From NCBI RefSeq assembly GCF_018350175.1, contig NC_058368.1:61010001-61074000 (forward strand): a DNA stretch of 64,000 nucleotides. The letters run 5' to 3'. Source of the DNA: Felis catus (taxonomy: Eukaryota). This document shows positions 22,610 through 35,060 of the stretch, in pieces. Made by a program: the position numbers and the translations under genes. The notes beneath the pieces are model-generated. The model saw nothing but the letters and a program-made list of their open reading frames with translations. It was not told the origin of the DNA and made no database searches. Every line of letters starts with the position of its first letter. The stretch's first letter is position 1.

Positions 22610-23639
22610 TATAATCCAACCTTTAAAACAAAATTTCACATTATCTACCCACCCAAAATTTTCTCGTAAGAATAAAGTGCTAGTAATAATTTCTAAAGAT
22701 TTATTTAGATTATTGTCTTTATTTTAGCCTACATGATGATTGATGAGCAAACTTTATTGGAGTGATTCATCAGTTTAAGCATCCCTTTTCAGCATTACTC
22801 AAAAGGACCTTGATTGCTGATACCTCAAGAATATAAACCATATTCTTCATCTCCAAGTATCTTGCTAGTGTCTTATTTAGAAAATGAATCAGTTTGACTT
22901 TTAGATTCTGTAAATGGTATACAAAATTTGCATATAGAATGACAAACTAGTGTTGTAAGCAAAGCATTAGGAATTTTATCAAAAATTCTACAATTTTGAA
23001 AGTTTAATCATGTCACATGAATGGACATTAATGGAAAGTTAGATGTATTTTTTTTACCATAACATCACATAAGTTTACTTCAGATATAACCCCAATATTA
23101 AGTCAAAATATTAAGTCAAAGTCTTAATATTAAGTCAAAGTCTTAATCAAAAGCCTCTTTATGAAATATGTTTTACATGTTTTTCTATTCACATATCATA
23201 AATATAGATACACGCATCTGAATCATCTTGGAGGGAAATATCAGTGACCAAGTGAACAGTGCCAACGTGGGGGCTTTTTCACTTAGGAGCTTCTTGCTAT
23301 GACTTTACACGATCTATAAGTCGGGATTTCTAACACTCAAATTGAATTTTTTATAAAGAAATTAGTGTGAATAGTTCCTTGTTTATTAAAAAAAATACTT
23401 GCTTTCTATTTGAAAATGATTAAAACAATTATCTGAATGCAAGCGTCATGGGAAGAATTATTTTTCTGTCATTCTTTCCATTCACTGGCATGTTCTTAGC
23501 CTTCATCTGTTTGTGACACATAGAATTTGCCCAGTATTTACTGAAGAAATAAATACACATTGTGATATTTGATAAAATATTTTTACATTTTTCTGTTAAT
23601 AAAAGGAATAGCATAACCATTTTCAAGGATTAAAGTGAT

Positions 23640-23818
23640 TTTTTTTAATGTTAATTTTTGAGAGAGAGTGCGAACAGGGGAGGGGCAGAGGGAGAGGGAG
23701 ACACAGAATCTGAAGCAGGCTCTGTGTTGTCTGTGCAGACATGGGGTTTCAAACTCATGAGAGTTCATGACCTAAGCTGAAGTCAGAAGCTTAACCAAAT
23801 GAGCCACCCAAGAGTCCC
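23640..23818 (-). mobile_element. CAN-SINE
   Basis: SINEC body; TAAAGTG repeated on both sides. Confidence 0.92.
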
Positions 23819-23871
23819 TAAAGTGCTGTTAATTATCCTCTGATACTAAATACCCTTTTGGGATATCAAGC

Positions 23872-23926
23872 TTTAAATCAACAACAAATGTTTATTGACT
23901 ACTTGATGTGTGCCAGTACTGTGTTA
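23872..23926 (-). mobile_element. Probable L2 3'-end remnant
   Basis: 'caacaaatgtttattgactacttgatgtgtgccagtactgtg' resembles the conserved L2 tail. Confidence 0.55.
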
Positions 23927-26225
23927 TCATATGATAAGCAGGTCAAGTTTTTGTATGTTAGAGTTGCTACACATGCTTACATATTGCAATGCTGGTAAAA
24001 CCCACCTTACCTTATGTGTAAATAAGCCCTCATAACTGAAGTCTTTTCCTTCAAAAATGTTTGTAGGGAAATGTGGGGATTTGTTCATGCTGTTTTCTTT
24101 GCCTGAAATATAAAAATGCATCCAAAATTTGTTGTGCAAACTGTTACATAGGGTGTAAGTATTAGTTTTTTGTTGTTTTCAACCTAGAAAACTGTACCCT
24201 GTTCCCATGGATCAGTTGGATATGGTAGTGTCTTCTAAGAACATCCCTTTAATGTCTGTTTCATGTAATCACTGCCTAGCTTGTGTTTAGTGAGTGATAC
24301 ACTCTCTTCATCGCAGAGGGCTTAGACGGTCATCTACTTCATTGGCAGGGGAGATTTTCCAGTCCTGTATTTCTTGCTGTCTAATATATCCTCAGGAGCA
24401 CACAAAAAAATACATAAGTCTTTGTAATAAAGCTAACTTGGGGCTTTTTAAAGATAAAATTGTATCCATTCACTGAGAAATACAGGTTATTGCCTCTGTC
24501 ACAAAATCTGTAAGAATGATGACAAAAAAAAAAAAAATCAGGACTAAGCTAACTGGTGGTATTTTTATCAAGCATTCGTATCATTTATCAGTGGGCCTCT
24601 AAATCCATGTCAGCACAGATTTTAGGAAAAGCCCTAGGTGATGTCAGGATTTATTGGCAAGTACACAGCTAGCACAGCTGGAATTCTCAAATGACCCAGA
24701 GTCTGTAGAACCACCAGCTTCCTGGCTTGCAAATTCAAACAATTCGGGTCAACAAGGATGCTACGTATGAGTATGAGACCATGTGCAGACATTTTAATCT
24801 TGTAACATTAAGGCATCATCATGATGTATGTCTAATTTGGCAGAGTTTAACCTACAGCTAGATTAAAAAACAGCAAAAACCTTGGACATTTGAAATTAAT
24901 TTCTCACACCCAAATAATACATAAAAACAGAAAATGTACTCTGAGTTAGAGGTGGGCATGCCAAAATAATCAGGAAATATTACTTCTGTTTGCTCATATA
25001 AAAAAAAACTCACACCACAAATATGATTATCTACAATAGAATGTTTTAACTCAAGAAACCTAAGTTTGGGGTTCTGGAAAGAGAATTTGGGTCATCAAAA
25101 TAAAACAAAAACAAAAATTTAGTTTCTCAGTTGCCTTTAACAATTTTTTTCTTTCTTGAGACAGTTGTAGTTTTCAATAAAAAAGACTATTTAACATTTA
25201 ACACTTTATAACAATCCTTTGGGAAACTTTCAGTATTTTCAAAAGGACCCTTTTGTTAAGTGAAGACACCCGAGATTGCACAAATGCAATGTTGGCACTT
25301 TAGGCCTGTTTGGAAGGATCTTTTCATTGGATATTTTGCAGTTCACTTGACTGAATGGAAGAGGAGCGTGTATTATGGAGAAAGGGCAGTGAGGCTACCA
25401 AGATGGTTCAAATATTGCTGTTTTCCAGAAACTCAAACATAGTTGGGGACTTTGCAATCCAATAAATATGGCAAGAACTGTACAAACTTTGCAAGCCTAA
25501 TTTTTATAGAGATGAGAAAGAGATTAAGAAAAGCAAATTTGAGGTAATGAGTTTGAATTGTGTCTCACATATTGATAAGACCCTTAAAAGCAATACTGGC
25601 TACGTTTTAAAGTTCTAAATGAGGTTTGGAGGAGAGAGAATGAAGAGGAATTATAAGAATAGTAAATTGATCAGCTTGATAGATACGTTGGAAGAATGGG
25701 GTATGTGTAACAAAACTTCAGAATCATAGTTCCTTAGGGACTGTTTGGGTATTTACATATTCTAGTACTAATATTATTATTTAAGACAATCCTAGGAACA
25801 TAAAACCAGGTGTGGTTGGTGTATTAAAGATAATATACTCCTATACTCTTTCTATTTTGGAATTTCTAGTTTCTGTAGGCCTCCTGATCTTTCACAGTAG
25901 GTACTGTGGAGAGACTGTCTCTGTAGGAAATCCTGGAAGTTTCAGAGCAAGGATTTCTCTTACAATACTCAAAAAGAAACGAAGTTGAAGGTTTTAAATG
26001 TGGTTTGTCCTTGTACAGCTAGAGATAATGACCTTGCTTATGAAAAACATAATAAGTTATGAGAACTTTGTACCCATTTCTATTTTTTAAATCAAGACTG
26101 TAAAAAGAAAATCAAGATGGTATATTTCAGTGTATTAAATACAAAATATACTCAAAAGTGAAACATTAAATTCAGTGTTGCTTTACTTTTTGTACAATAA
26201 GTGTATAATAAAAATAACAAACTGA

Positions 26226-26446
26226 GGGGCGCCTGGGTGGCTCAGTCGGTTAAGCGTCCAACTTCAGCTCAGGTCACGATCTCGTGGTCCGTGAGTTCGA
26301 GCCCCGCGTTGGGCTCTGGGCTAATAATGGCTCAGAGCCTGGAGCCTGCTTCAGATTCTGTGTCTACCTGTCTCTCTCTGCCCCTCCCCCTCTCATGCTC
26401 TGTCTCTCTCTGTCTCAAAAATAAATAAACGTTAAAAAACTAAAAA
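26226..26446 (+). mobile_element. Felid CAN-SINE, CpG-rich
   Basis: 'ggggcgcctgggtggctcagtcggttaagcgtcc...aaaaataaataaacgtt'. Confidence 0.96.
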
Positions 26447-28162
26447 GGTGAAAAGCACCTCTCTGTTTTTGAGAAAATTAAATTTTTAATTTTTCATACA
26501 GCAAATTTTATATCTGGCTGATATTTTCTTTTTTGTTGTCTTTTTTTTTTTACTCACACTGTCAAAATTAGCTTTTACATATGATTTTAATGAGATAGAG
26601 CTTTATTTCTGATAATTGAAATGAACAGTTTTAGATTGCATATACCAGTGAAATGGAAAAATATTTATATGATACTTCATGTAAGCCCATCACAACAACA
26701 TGCATGCCATATTGATTTATATAAAGCAATACATTCAAAGCAATATGGAATTCAACTTGACCTGTGGATCTATTCAAAGCACAGTGACTACCTTAATTTC
26801 CTGATTTGTGGTGGTCATCTTTATAAAATTTTGTTTGTTGGGTTTGTTCTTACATTCGGTATTCAAGCCATTGATTGCAGTTGTTTTTCACACATAGGCC
26901 CATTTGTGTAAATATTTTCATTTACTTTTGGCCTTTTGCCACTTTCACTGAAGTACTTGTATTTTATAAAGTTCTTATTAAATACTAAATGAAAATGTCT
27001 TATAAATTGAGTCCTAAGAAAACTATTAGTAGCTGATATAAAATTCCTATCCATAGGCATTGCAAAACATGACCACAGACTGAAGAAGGGAAAAAACATC
27101 AGTACAAGAAAGGCTAGCCTTTATATTGTGTGTAGGTCAGAACTGCAAGCAAGTTTTAGAGATGGTAGGAAAGGTTGAAAATGCATGTATGGTGAGAGTT
27201 ATCAGTATTTTTCTCTCTGAAAAATCCTAGGTAAATTATGCTATAAAAAAAATCTAAGTACACAGAGAAGTTACGGACGGTTCATTTTTCTTCCTAACAC
27301 AGATGAAAAGTACAGAAGTTGTTCGTGTATGTGTGTGTGTGTGTATTCTACTACATTCATACTTATTGTAAAAATACTTTCGGGGGCTCCTATGGACCAG
27401 AAAGGTGGCATTAGTAACTGGTATGCAATCTATTTTCCTTGCTCTCATAATTCTCATGAAGAAAAAAAAAAATCAGTGATGTGGTCAGACCTCCTTGTAA
27501 AGAAGCTAATCTTACCTCCTGATGTTGTTTACTAGCAGAAACAATGTGGAATTTTTATCAAATACTTTTAACAGGGTATACCTTGTCTGTTTAAATGGTT
27601 TATAAACCTCAACATTATGGATGTATAGGGCATAGGCTGCTAGAAAATGTCAGTGACAGCTTATAATTATCGCAGTATAAATGAAGATATTGTATGACTA
27701 AAATGACCCCATTTGTGTAGGTGATGCCCTGATGTGTCTTTGGGAGCTTGTATATTAAATTTGAATAAGAGCTTGCTCTAATATGGGAAGAAATTATCTG
27801 AAAAGCTTCAGTATTGGTCTCCAGTGTTGCCAAGTTTGTTAACCTGTGTTTTATGACTGTCTTAATCCTTTGAACTATTAGTAAAACTTTGCTGAGGATA
27901 AAAGCTATCCTTTCTGTGAGTTGACCTTTTATCTCAATATATCAAGTTAATTTTTGATTTGCAAATACGTGTTACTTAAAGATGCTAATAGTCTTCAAGT
28001 GCTCAAGTAGTTTAGCTATTCAGAAAATACTTATGGCAATTTGTGAAAGTTTAGAGAGAAGTTTTTAAAAAATAATTCCTTGCAATTACCATATAACCCA
28101 GGAACTGCATTTCTTGCCATTTATCCCAGAGCATAGTCAATATGCTCACACAGAATCATATA

Positions 28163-29049
28163 CAGTTGACACTTGAATGAAGCAGGGGTTGAGTGTTGAC
28201 TCTGTGTACAGTTGAAAATCAAAATCTATGTATAACTTTTAACTCCTCCAAAACCCAATAGCATACTGTTGACTAGAAGCCTTATCAGCATAAACTGTTA
28301 ACACATTTTTGTGTTCTATGCATTATATATTGTATCTTACAATAAAATAAAGAATGTTAAGAATATCATAAAGAGGAAAAAAAAACATCAACAGAACTAT
28401 ACTTCTATTTATTGAAATTCTGTGTAGACGTGGGCTGGATGAGCCAGGCCAGCTGGGACATGAGCTGTGGCAGCGGTGGGCCTGCCCCAGGGATAGTGAT
28501 GTTCTGCAGCCTGTTGGCCTCAGCAGTAATGGCTTCAAGGTGGAAGCACAGGAAGTGAAGCTCCTTATGTGCCTGGAGGTGTACCTCCAGGTAATGACCA
28601 TCAGCAGGTGCAGCTACACAAGTGTGCTCGTGTCTGAGAGGCCACAGGGCCAGGGCCCAAGGCCATACCAGTGCAGCCTCATAGCCCATTGTACTGAGGT
28701 CTTGCACAGTAAGATTCCTGTTTTCTGGGCACATTCCTCCATTTCAGCCCAGCATTTTTCCTGCCAGCCTGAGCTCCACCAAACAGCCTATGGGCACAAG
28801 GGGGCAACTTGAAGCCCTGCCCATTTCCCAGGCCCTTGTGTGTTGTCAACAGCTTTGGTGGGCTTCACTGTTTATGCATAGGGCAGCAGGTGCAACTTCT
28901 GCACTAGTTGTCTTTGAACTGGTCTTGTGGAAAGTGGGGTGAGCAGTTATAAATAAATGCCTTCTAGATTTTGCTGTCAACTCTTAAAAAAAAATCTGCA
29001 TGTAAGTCATCCATGCAGTTCAAACCTATGTTGTTCAAGGGGTCAACTG
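28163..29049 (-). mobile_element. Tigger2a/MER28-like MITE, interrupted by a retrocopy
   Basis: TIRs CAGTTGACACTTGAA and TTCAAGGGGTCAACTG with TA on both sides; same ends as the 7102-11161 element. Confidence 0.9.
28427..28994 (+). pseudogene. GC-rich, 5'-truncated processed (retroposed) transcript; parent gene not recognised
   Basis: Abrupt GC-rich block, AATAAA at 28952-28957, A9 at 28986-28994, degenerate TSD (aaattctgtgta / aaaatctgcatg), and an open + frame at 28429-28812. Confidence 0.78.
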
Positions 29050-29768
29050 TACATGCATGTTCATAGCAGCATTCTTTGTAATAGCTCTAAATTGGGAATA
29101 GCACAGATATCCCTTCGAGAATAAATGGTTGAACTCTGATACACAAATATACCCACACCTACCCATCCACTCCTTGGAATACTCATCAATAAAATGAACT
29201 ATAGATTTTTTAAAAACTTTAGGGAATTCTGCATGTAAAAAGCTGTTTCAAAAAGGTTACATGCTGTATGGCTTCACTTATAGAACATTTTTGAAATGAT
29301 GAAATTTTAGAAAAAGAGAACAGATTAGTGATTGCCAGGGGTTAGTGATGAAGGTCGGGGAAGATTGGAGATCATGGGCATGGCTATCAGCGAATATAAG
29401 GGATAAATATGTTGAACTGTTCTTTATCTTGGCTGTGGTAATGGATAAATGAGTCTGTACATTTGGTAAGATTTTTAAAAACTAAATATACCCACATAAA
29501 CAAATGAAAACAAAATATCAGGATACTAGAGCAGTGATTTTTTATCAATATTAATATCTTCATCATGACATTATGGTTTTGTAGAATGTTGCCATTGAGG
29601 GAAAGTGTCAAATGACATGTCATCTCTGTATTGTTACATGTTCATTTGAGCCTGTAATTCTTAGACTTAAAAATTAATTATTCGAACTTAATTCAATTTC
29701 AGTTTGATATTTACATTTTTAGCTCAAACTCAATGCTACATAAATATTATTAGAAATATAGGACTTTT

Positions 29769-31718
29769 TGCTGCAGATTGAATGTTTGCCCCCAAAATTC
29801 GTATTTTTTCCAGAGTAAAATATTTTATTCAGCATGGTGTTCTTTTCCCTTCTCCAGTGAGCAATGTATTATAAAGATGACTTCCATTCAACATGGGGAA
29901 AAGAAAATTGAATTATAAAGAACAATTTTTTTCAATTTTTTATATAATTTTATGCAATTTTTAAATTAGTTAACATCTAGTTTAGTGTTAGTTTCAGGCA
30001 TAGAATGATTCATCACTTACATACAGCACCCAGTGTTCATCGTGAGTGCCCTCCTTAATATCCATCACCCATTTAACTCATACCCTGCCCTCCTCCCCTC
30101 CAGTAACCCTCATTTTGTCCTCTGTAGTTAAGAGTCTCTCTTATAATTTGCCTCTTTCTCCCCCAATGTGCATAGTCATTTCTTAAATTCCATGTATGAG
30201 TGAAATCATATGGTATTTGTCTTTCTCTGACTTATTTCAGTCACCATAATACACTGTAGCTCCACCCATGTTGTTGCAGATGGCAAGATTTTATTCTTTT
30301 TGATGGCTGAGTACATTTCTCTCTGTGTACATTCATCAGTCAATGGACATTTGAGCTCTTTCTTCAATTTGGCTGTTGTTGATAATGCTGCTATTAACAT
30401 TGCAGTGCATGTATCCCTTCAGATCAGTATTCTGTATTCTTTGGGTAAATACCTAGAAGTGTAATTGCTGGATCATAGAGTAGTTCTATTTTCAACTTTT
30501 GAGGGGCCTCCAAACTCTTTTCCAGAGTGGCTACACCAGTTTGCATTCCCACCAACAGCGTGAGAGAGTTTCCCTTGCTGTACATCCTCGCCAACACTTG
30601 TTTCTTGAGTTGATTTTAACCATTCTGCCAGGTGTGAGGTGGTATCTCATTGTAGTTTTGATTTGTATTTCTCTGACAATGAGTGATGTTGAGCATCTTG
30701 TCGTGTGTGTTAGCTATCTGGATGTCTTCTTTAAAGGGAAAAATGTCTATTCATGTCTTCTTCCCATTTCTTAACTGGATTGTTTTTAATTGTTGAGTTT
30801 AAGTTCTTTATAGATTTTGGATACTAACCCTTTATCAGATATGTAATTTGGAATTTTCTTCTTCCATTACAAAGGTTGCCTTTTATTTCACTGTGCAGAA
30901 GCTTTATACCATGATGAAGTCCTAGTAGTTCATTTTTGTTTTTGTTTCCCTTGCCTCTGGAGACATGTCTAGTAAGAAATTTCTGTGGCTGATGTCAGAG
31001 AGATTTCTGCTTATGTTCTCCTCTAGGATTTTGATAGTTTCCTGTCTCACATTTAGGTCTTTCATCCATTTCGAATTTATTTTTACGTACAGTATAAGAA
31101 AGTGATCCTGTTTCATTTTTCATGTCGCCATTCAGTTTTCCCAACAGCATTTGTTGCAGAGACCATCTTTTTTCCATTGGATATTCTTCCCTGCTTTGTC
31201 AAAGATTAGTTGGCCATATAGTTATGGGTTCATTTCTGGGTTTTCTATTCTGTTTCATTTATCTATGTCTTTCTGTGCAGTACCATACTTTCTGACAATT
31301 AAGGCTTTGTAATATAGCTTGAAGTCTGGAATTGTGATGCCTCCAGCTTTTATTTTTCACAATTACTTTGGCTATTCATGGTCTTTTGTAGTTTCAAAAT
31401 TCATAGGTTAACCTAATCCCTAAAGTGATGGTATTAGGAGATTAGGCTTTTGGTAGATAAGGACGTGAATTTAGAGTCCTTATTAATGGGATGAAGTGCC
31501 CTTATCAAAGAGAAATCAGAGGGCTCCTCCATCCTTCTGCCTTGTGAAGACATAGTAAGTAGGTGGCTGTCTATGAACGAGGAAGCATGTGCTCACCAGT
31601 TGCAGAATCTGGCAGTGCCTTGATGTTGGAATTCCCAGCCTCCTGAACTGTGAGAAATTTGTTTATGAGCCATCCAGTCTATGGTGTTTTGCTATAGCAA
31701 CCCAAACAGACTAAGACA
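29769..31718 (+). mobile_element. MLT1A-type MaLR solo LTR split by an L1 insertion (LTR parts 29769-29803 and 31395-31718)
   Basis: Starts 'tgctgcagattgaatgtttgcccccaaaattc', resumes 'aacctaatccctaaagtgatggtattagg', ends 'gctatagcaacccaaacagactaagaca'. Confidence 0.88.
29804..31394 (-). mobile_element. 5'-truncated carnivore L1 carrying a 3' transduced segment (29810-29925)
   Basis: ORF2 peptides ([23 protein letters not shown]), 3'UTR ending near 29960, TSD CAAAATTC(G/A)TA at 29793-29803 and 31395-31405. Confidence 0.9.
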
Positions 31719-32109
31719 CCTTGAATAGAAATAGAAAGCTATTTATTTGTACTTATTATAGAAAAGAACTATATATAGAAGATACTATATAATCACATAT
31801 AAAAACATGTCAACAGAGCAGACACCACTTTGCTCTTATGAAGGCATGATATAGCGGCAGTTTAGAAAGATACTAATGCAACAGAGCAAAGTTTGCTCCA
31901 GCATATTAAGCAGGTTGTCCATGGAATGTATTGCCTTTTTAAAGTTACTTCCTCATCAGTAATGCACAAGTGAAAAATATCTGGGTATCTGATGGGAAAG
32001 TTGAGAGTCAAAAATTTATTAAGTTTGGGCAAGATAGCACCATGAATTCATGTGACAATTTGAATTGCTTTGATTTTATTCATCATATTGTTTATGAGAT
32101 ACTTCATTA

Positions 32110-33130
32110 AAGACTTGTTCATTTCCTACCCAATTTCAAGCACTATTCTGGGTGCTGTAATTAAACTGGAGAGCAAAATTAAAGGTCTTGCTTTCCCTGA
32201 GTTCACAGTCTAAAGAATTAGACAAACGTGAATTGGTTAAGTACTTGAATAGTGGTCACATTAAAACCAGCTGTCAATTCTAGTAATTGCTATGAAAGTA
32301 AAGTAAAAGGTATACTACTGGGGAGCCGGGAAGCTGGTATAATCCTAATTTTCCTTGAAATATTACTAGAGCTGAGGTCTGAACAAATGTTAACTCCTCA
32401 GAGAGGAGACATCTTGGGGTAGGACAAGTGACAACTAAAGGAAGAAACAATGCTCAAGGTGCTATGGAGAAAAGATGTGTGAGGCTGGGACATAACAGAT
32501 AAAGGGTGAGTTTGAAGATGAGAAGTAGCTTGTCTATTTAAACACTTTTTTTCCCCAAATTCCTTAAATTTGGCCTTGAGCATGTTAAAGGGGAACACTT
32601 ATATTTGGGAAAGGAACTAATGCAAAGGGAAATTATTGTATTTTAATACTAATGCTGTGCCTATGTTGTGGAGGCTAGAAATGAGCAAAAAATGGCTTTC
32701 TAATGGATATAATGAGATGAGATTATTCTGCCATTTGAAGTAAATGATAGCTTGGACCAGACAGAAGGAACTGTTTGAGATGTTTTTGATATTGTATATT
32801 TTGAAGTTCATGTGTGTTTAAAATGGACATGTCATGGAGTCAGTGGGCAGAGGAAGGAAGATCTGAAGATGACAGGTCTATTTAGGTTTATTATGTTTAG
32901 ATCTATTTGTTTTCTGGGTTGTGCAGCTTGATTGAGTGGTCTTTGTATTCATTGACCTTTGTGACCATGGAAGAAAAAATAGGATTAGGATGACCTTTAG
33001 AATATTTTTGCACAATAGAACACATAAATCTCGAGTACAGATTCAGAGAGGAGACTGCTGACCTTGGCCACAGCTATAGGTAGATAGTCTTTGTAAATGA
33101 GTCACCTTCTCTCTGACTTGAGAGAAGAGA
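32110..33130 (-). mobile_element. Probable ancient L2 remnant
   Basis: 'aagcactattctgggtgctg...aaggtcttgctttccctgagttcacagtcta' and 'gagctgaggtctgaa' resemble L2 antisense; highly diverged, boundaries uncertain. Confidence 0.45.
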
Positions 33131-33190
33131 GTGGAATTTCAGTTTTGAAGAATGGTACCAATTAGACGCCATGCAAAGATGGAAAAAAAA

Positions 33191-33374
33191 TATGTGTGTG
33201 TATACATATATATGTGTGTGTGTGTATATATATACACACATATATATACGTATATATATACACATATATACATATATACATATATATACTTATATACATA
33301 TATACATACATATACATATACATACATATACATATATATGTATATAAATATATACACACACACACATATATATG
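33191..33374. repeat. Compound (TA)/(TG)/(CA) microsatellite
   Basis: Seen directly; source of the Y/I/H/T-rich ORFs at 33074-33425. Confidence 0.97.
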
Positions 33375-33984
33375 GCAATGGCTGGCTAATTTATTATTTG
33401 AGCTAAAATAAAATAGACTTTCCAAAGGGGAATCATTATTTGAGAAGAATGTTTTGAATAAAAGAAGCCTGAAGGAAAATAGGTAACATTCTTAACTGAA
33501 AATACATGGCTCTAGTATAAGTTTTGTCCTTTAGTTAGACATTGGACTACTCCCGTATTATGAAAGCAAGAAAGAGGGGAAGGGGTGCTTGTATGGCTGC
33601 AGGTAAGTTGATGTCACACACAGGTTAAGAGGCAACATCTGATAGTTTGTTTTGTCCACATCAGAGGCAATTTTGTTTAAGACAGAGGAGATGGTACTGA
33701 TGGAAGAGACATAAATTGTTGGACAGAGTAAGGGAAATTTGTAATTGTTACTCTGAAAGTATCAGCATTCACCAGAGAAATATAACATGATTTTCAGGCC
33801 AGATTGACAACCCACTTGAGAATTATGGCTTTTTATTTATTGTGGCAATAATCCACCCTCCTTTTTAAACTTCCATAGCATTGTTAGGGTATCCAGTGGC
33901 AGACCTGGAAAAATCAAATTATTGACTTCTTCCAGGATTGAAATTCTCAGAGCTTGTGGCAAATACTACTTGTTAAGCATAATT

Positions 33985-34320
33985 CTTTTCATGGATACAA
34001 AACTGGGTCACTTAACTCCATCCTCCCTTGCAAGTGGACTGACTAGTGGTTGATTTCCAGCCAAAGATATGTGAGTGAAATTAATCTTAGGCATATTCAG
34101 GCCTGACACATCAAATATTCCCATCCAGTCTTCTGTGGTCTTCCTTTCATCTGAGTGAAATAAAAATAGCAAGGCAATCTCGAAAGCCGCATGCTATATA
34201 TGGCAGAGCAACCACCAAACAAGTTCCGTAGAAAACCATGTAAAAGAGAGGTACCCAATGAAACTTACGACAAACCAAGACTTTTCTGTGAGCAGGAAAT
34301 AAATTTAGGTTAAATAAAAG
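33985..34320 (+). mobile_element. Possible old MLT1-type LTR remnant
   Basis: 'cctcccttgcaagtggactgactagtggttgatttccagccaaagatatgtgagtgaaa' resembles old MLT1 LTRs. Confidence 0.4.
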
Positions 34321-34324
34321 CAAT

Positions 34325-34505
34325 AGTATTTTTTTTTGTCATAAAACGAGATAGTAAACAGTTTTTGCTTTGTTGGCTAATAAGGTCTCTGTAACAACTA
34401 TGCAACTGTGTGACTGTTAATGCAAAGGCAGACATAGACAGCACATAAACATTTCTGTGTTCTACAAAACTTTATTTACTAGAACAAGCTATGGGCCAAA
34501 TCAAC
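34325..34505 (-). mobile_element. MER58-type hAT-Charlie MITE
   Basis: 'gatagtaaacagtttttgctttgttggc...ggtctctgtaacaactatgcaact...tgtgttctacaaaactttatttac' matches the MER58A reverse complement as recalled. Confidence 0.75.
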
Positions 34506-35029
34506 TAGAATGTACCGTCATTAGTATTAAATGTTTCTTACCTCGCACTAGCCTGTTCAAGCTAATATACATGTGTTATGAGAACAGGCGCAAGGAGATT
34601 TAATGTACTTTAAAGTGTGCTTTTGCAGTTACAGAGCATAGAAATAAAGAGATGAAGAAAGGGGATAATGATGTACTAAATAGTGGAGTCAGAAATGGAA
34701 CATCACAGTAAAACTGGAGAATCGTGCTAGTGGATGTGATTTAACAGGCAAGCAGGAGTAATTTTCTATTAGTCACATGGAAGTGTGACTTACGAAATTT
34801 AATCCAAATAAGGTGGGCATATGTGTGGTAACTGTAACATTTTATTACTCTAGTACATCAATACAAAAAGCCCAGGGTCAATTAAGTTTCAGTATTTATG
34901 CAATGACAATGATTTGAATGCCATAGTTACAGATTTATCTCTACACACACGCACACACACAAGTATCCCTTATTGATAGGGTATCAACAGAGACATGAAT
35001 TCACACATACATTATATACCCTATATGTG

Positions 35030-35060
<31 letters not shown>

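Larger units (their letters stand above)
28030..29680 (+). mobile_element. Old L1 (L1MC/L1MD-type) 3' fragment, host of the Tigger MITE
   Basis: 'taccatataacccaggaactgcatttcttgccatttatcccagag' continues after the MITE as 'catgttcatagcagcattctttgtaatagc', then a 3'UTR 'gaacagattagtgattgccaggggttag'. Confidence 0.8.

Noticed and set aside
22115..22639. 130-aa and 115-aa ORFs, and a perfect CAG|gtaagt donor at about 22319
   Set aside because: The ORFs run through A-rich low-complexity sequence and a SINE, and no convincing acceptor pairs with the donor.
23094..23146. Short tandem duplications (AATATTAAGTCAAA units; similar cases at 6808-6845, 14097-14122 and 20097-20162)
   Set aside because: Ordinary slippage duplications of 2-3 copies with no spacers.
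33074..33425. Five overlapping ORFs rich in Y/I/H/T/V/C
   Set aside because: They are translations of a TA/CA/TG microsatellite.
33535..33602. 68-nt plus-strand exon candidate with CAG|gtaagt (LDIGLLPYYESKKEGKGCLYGC)
   Set aside because: Short acceptor tract, next to probable L2 debris, peptide unrecognised, and it does not chain with other candidates.
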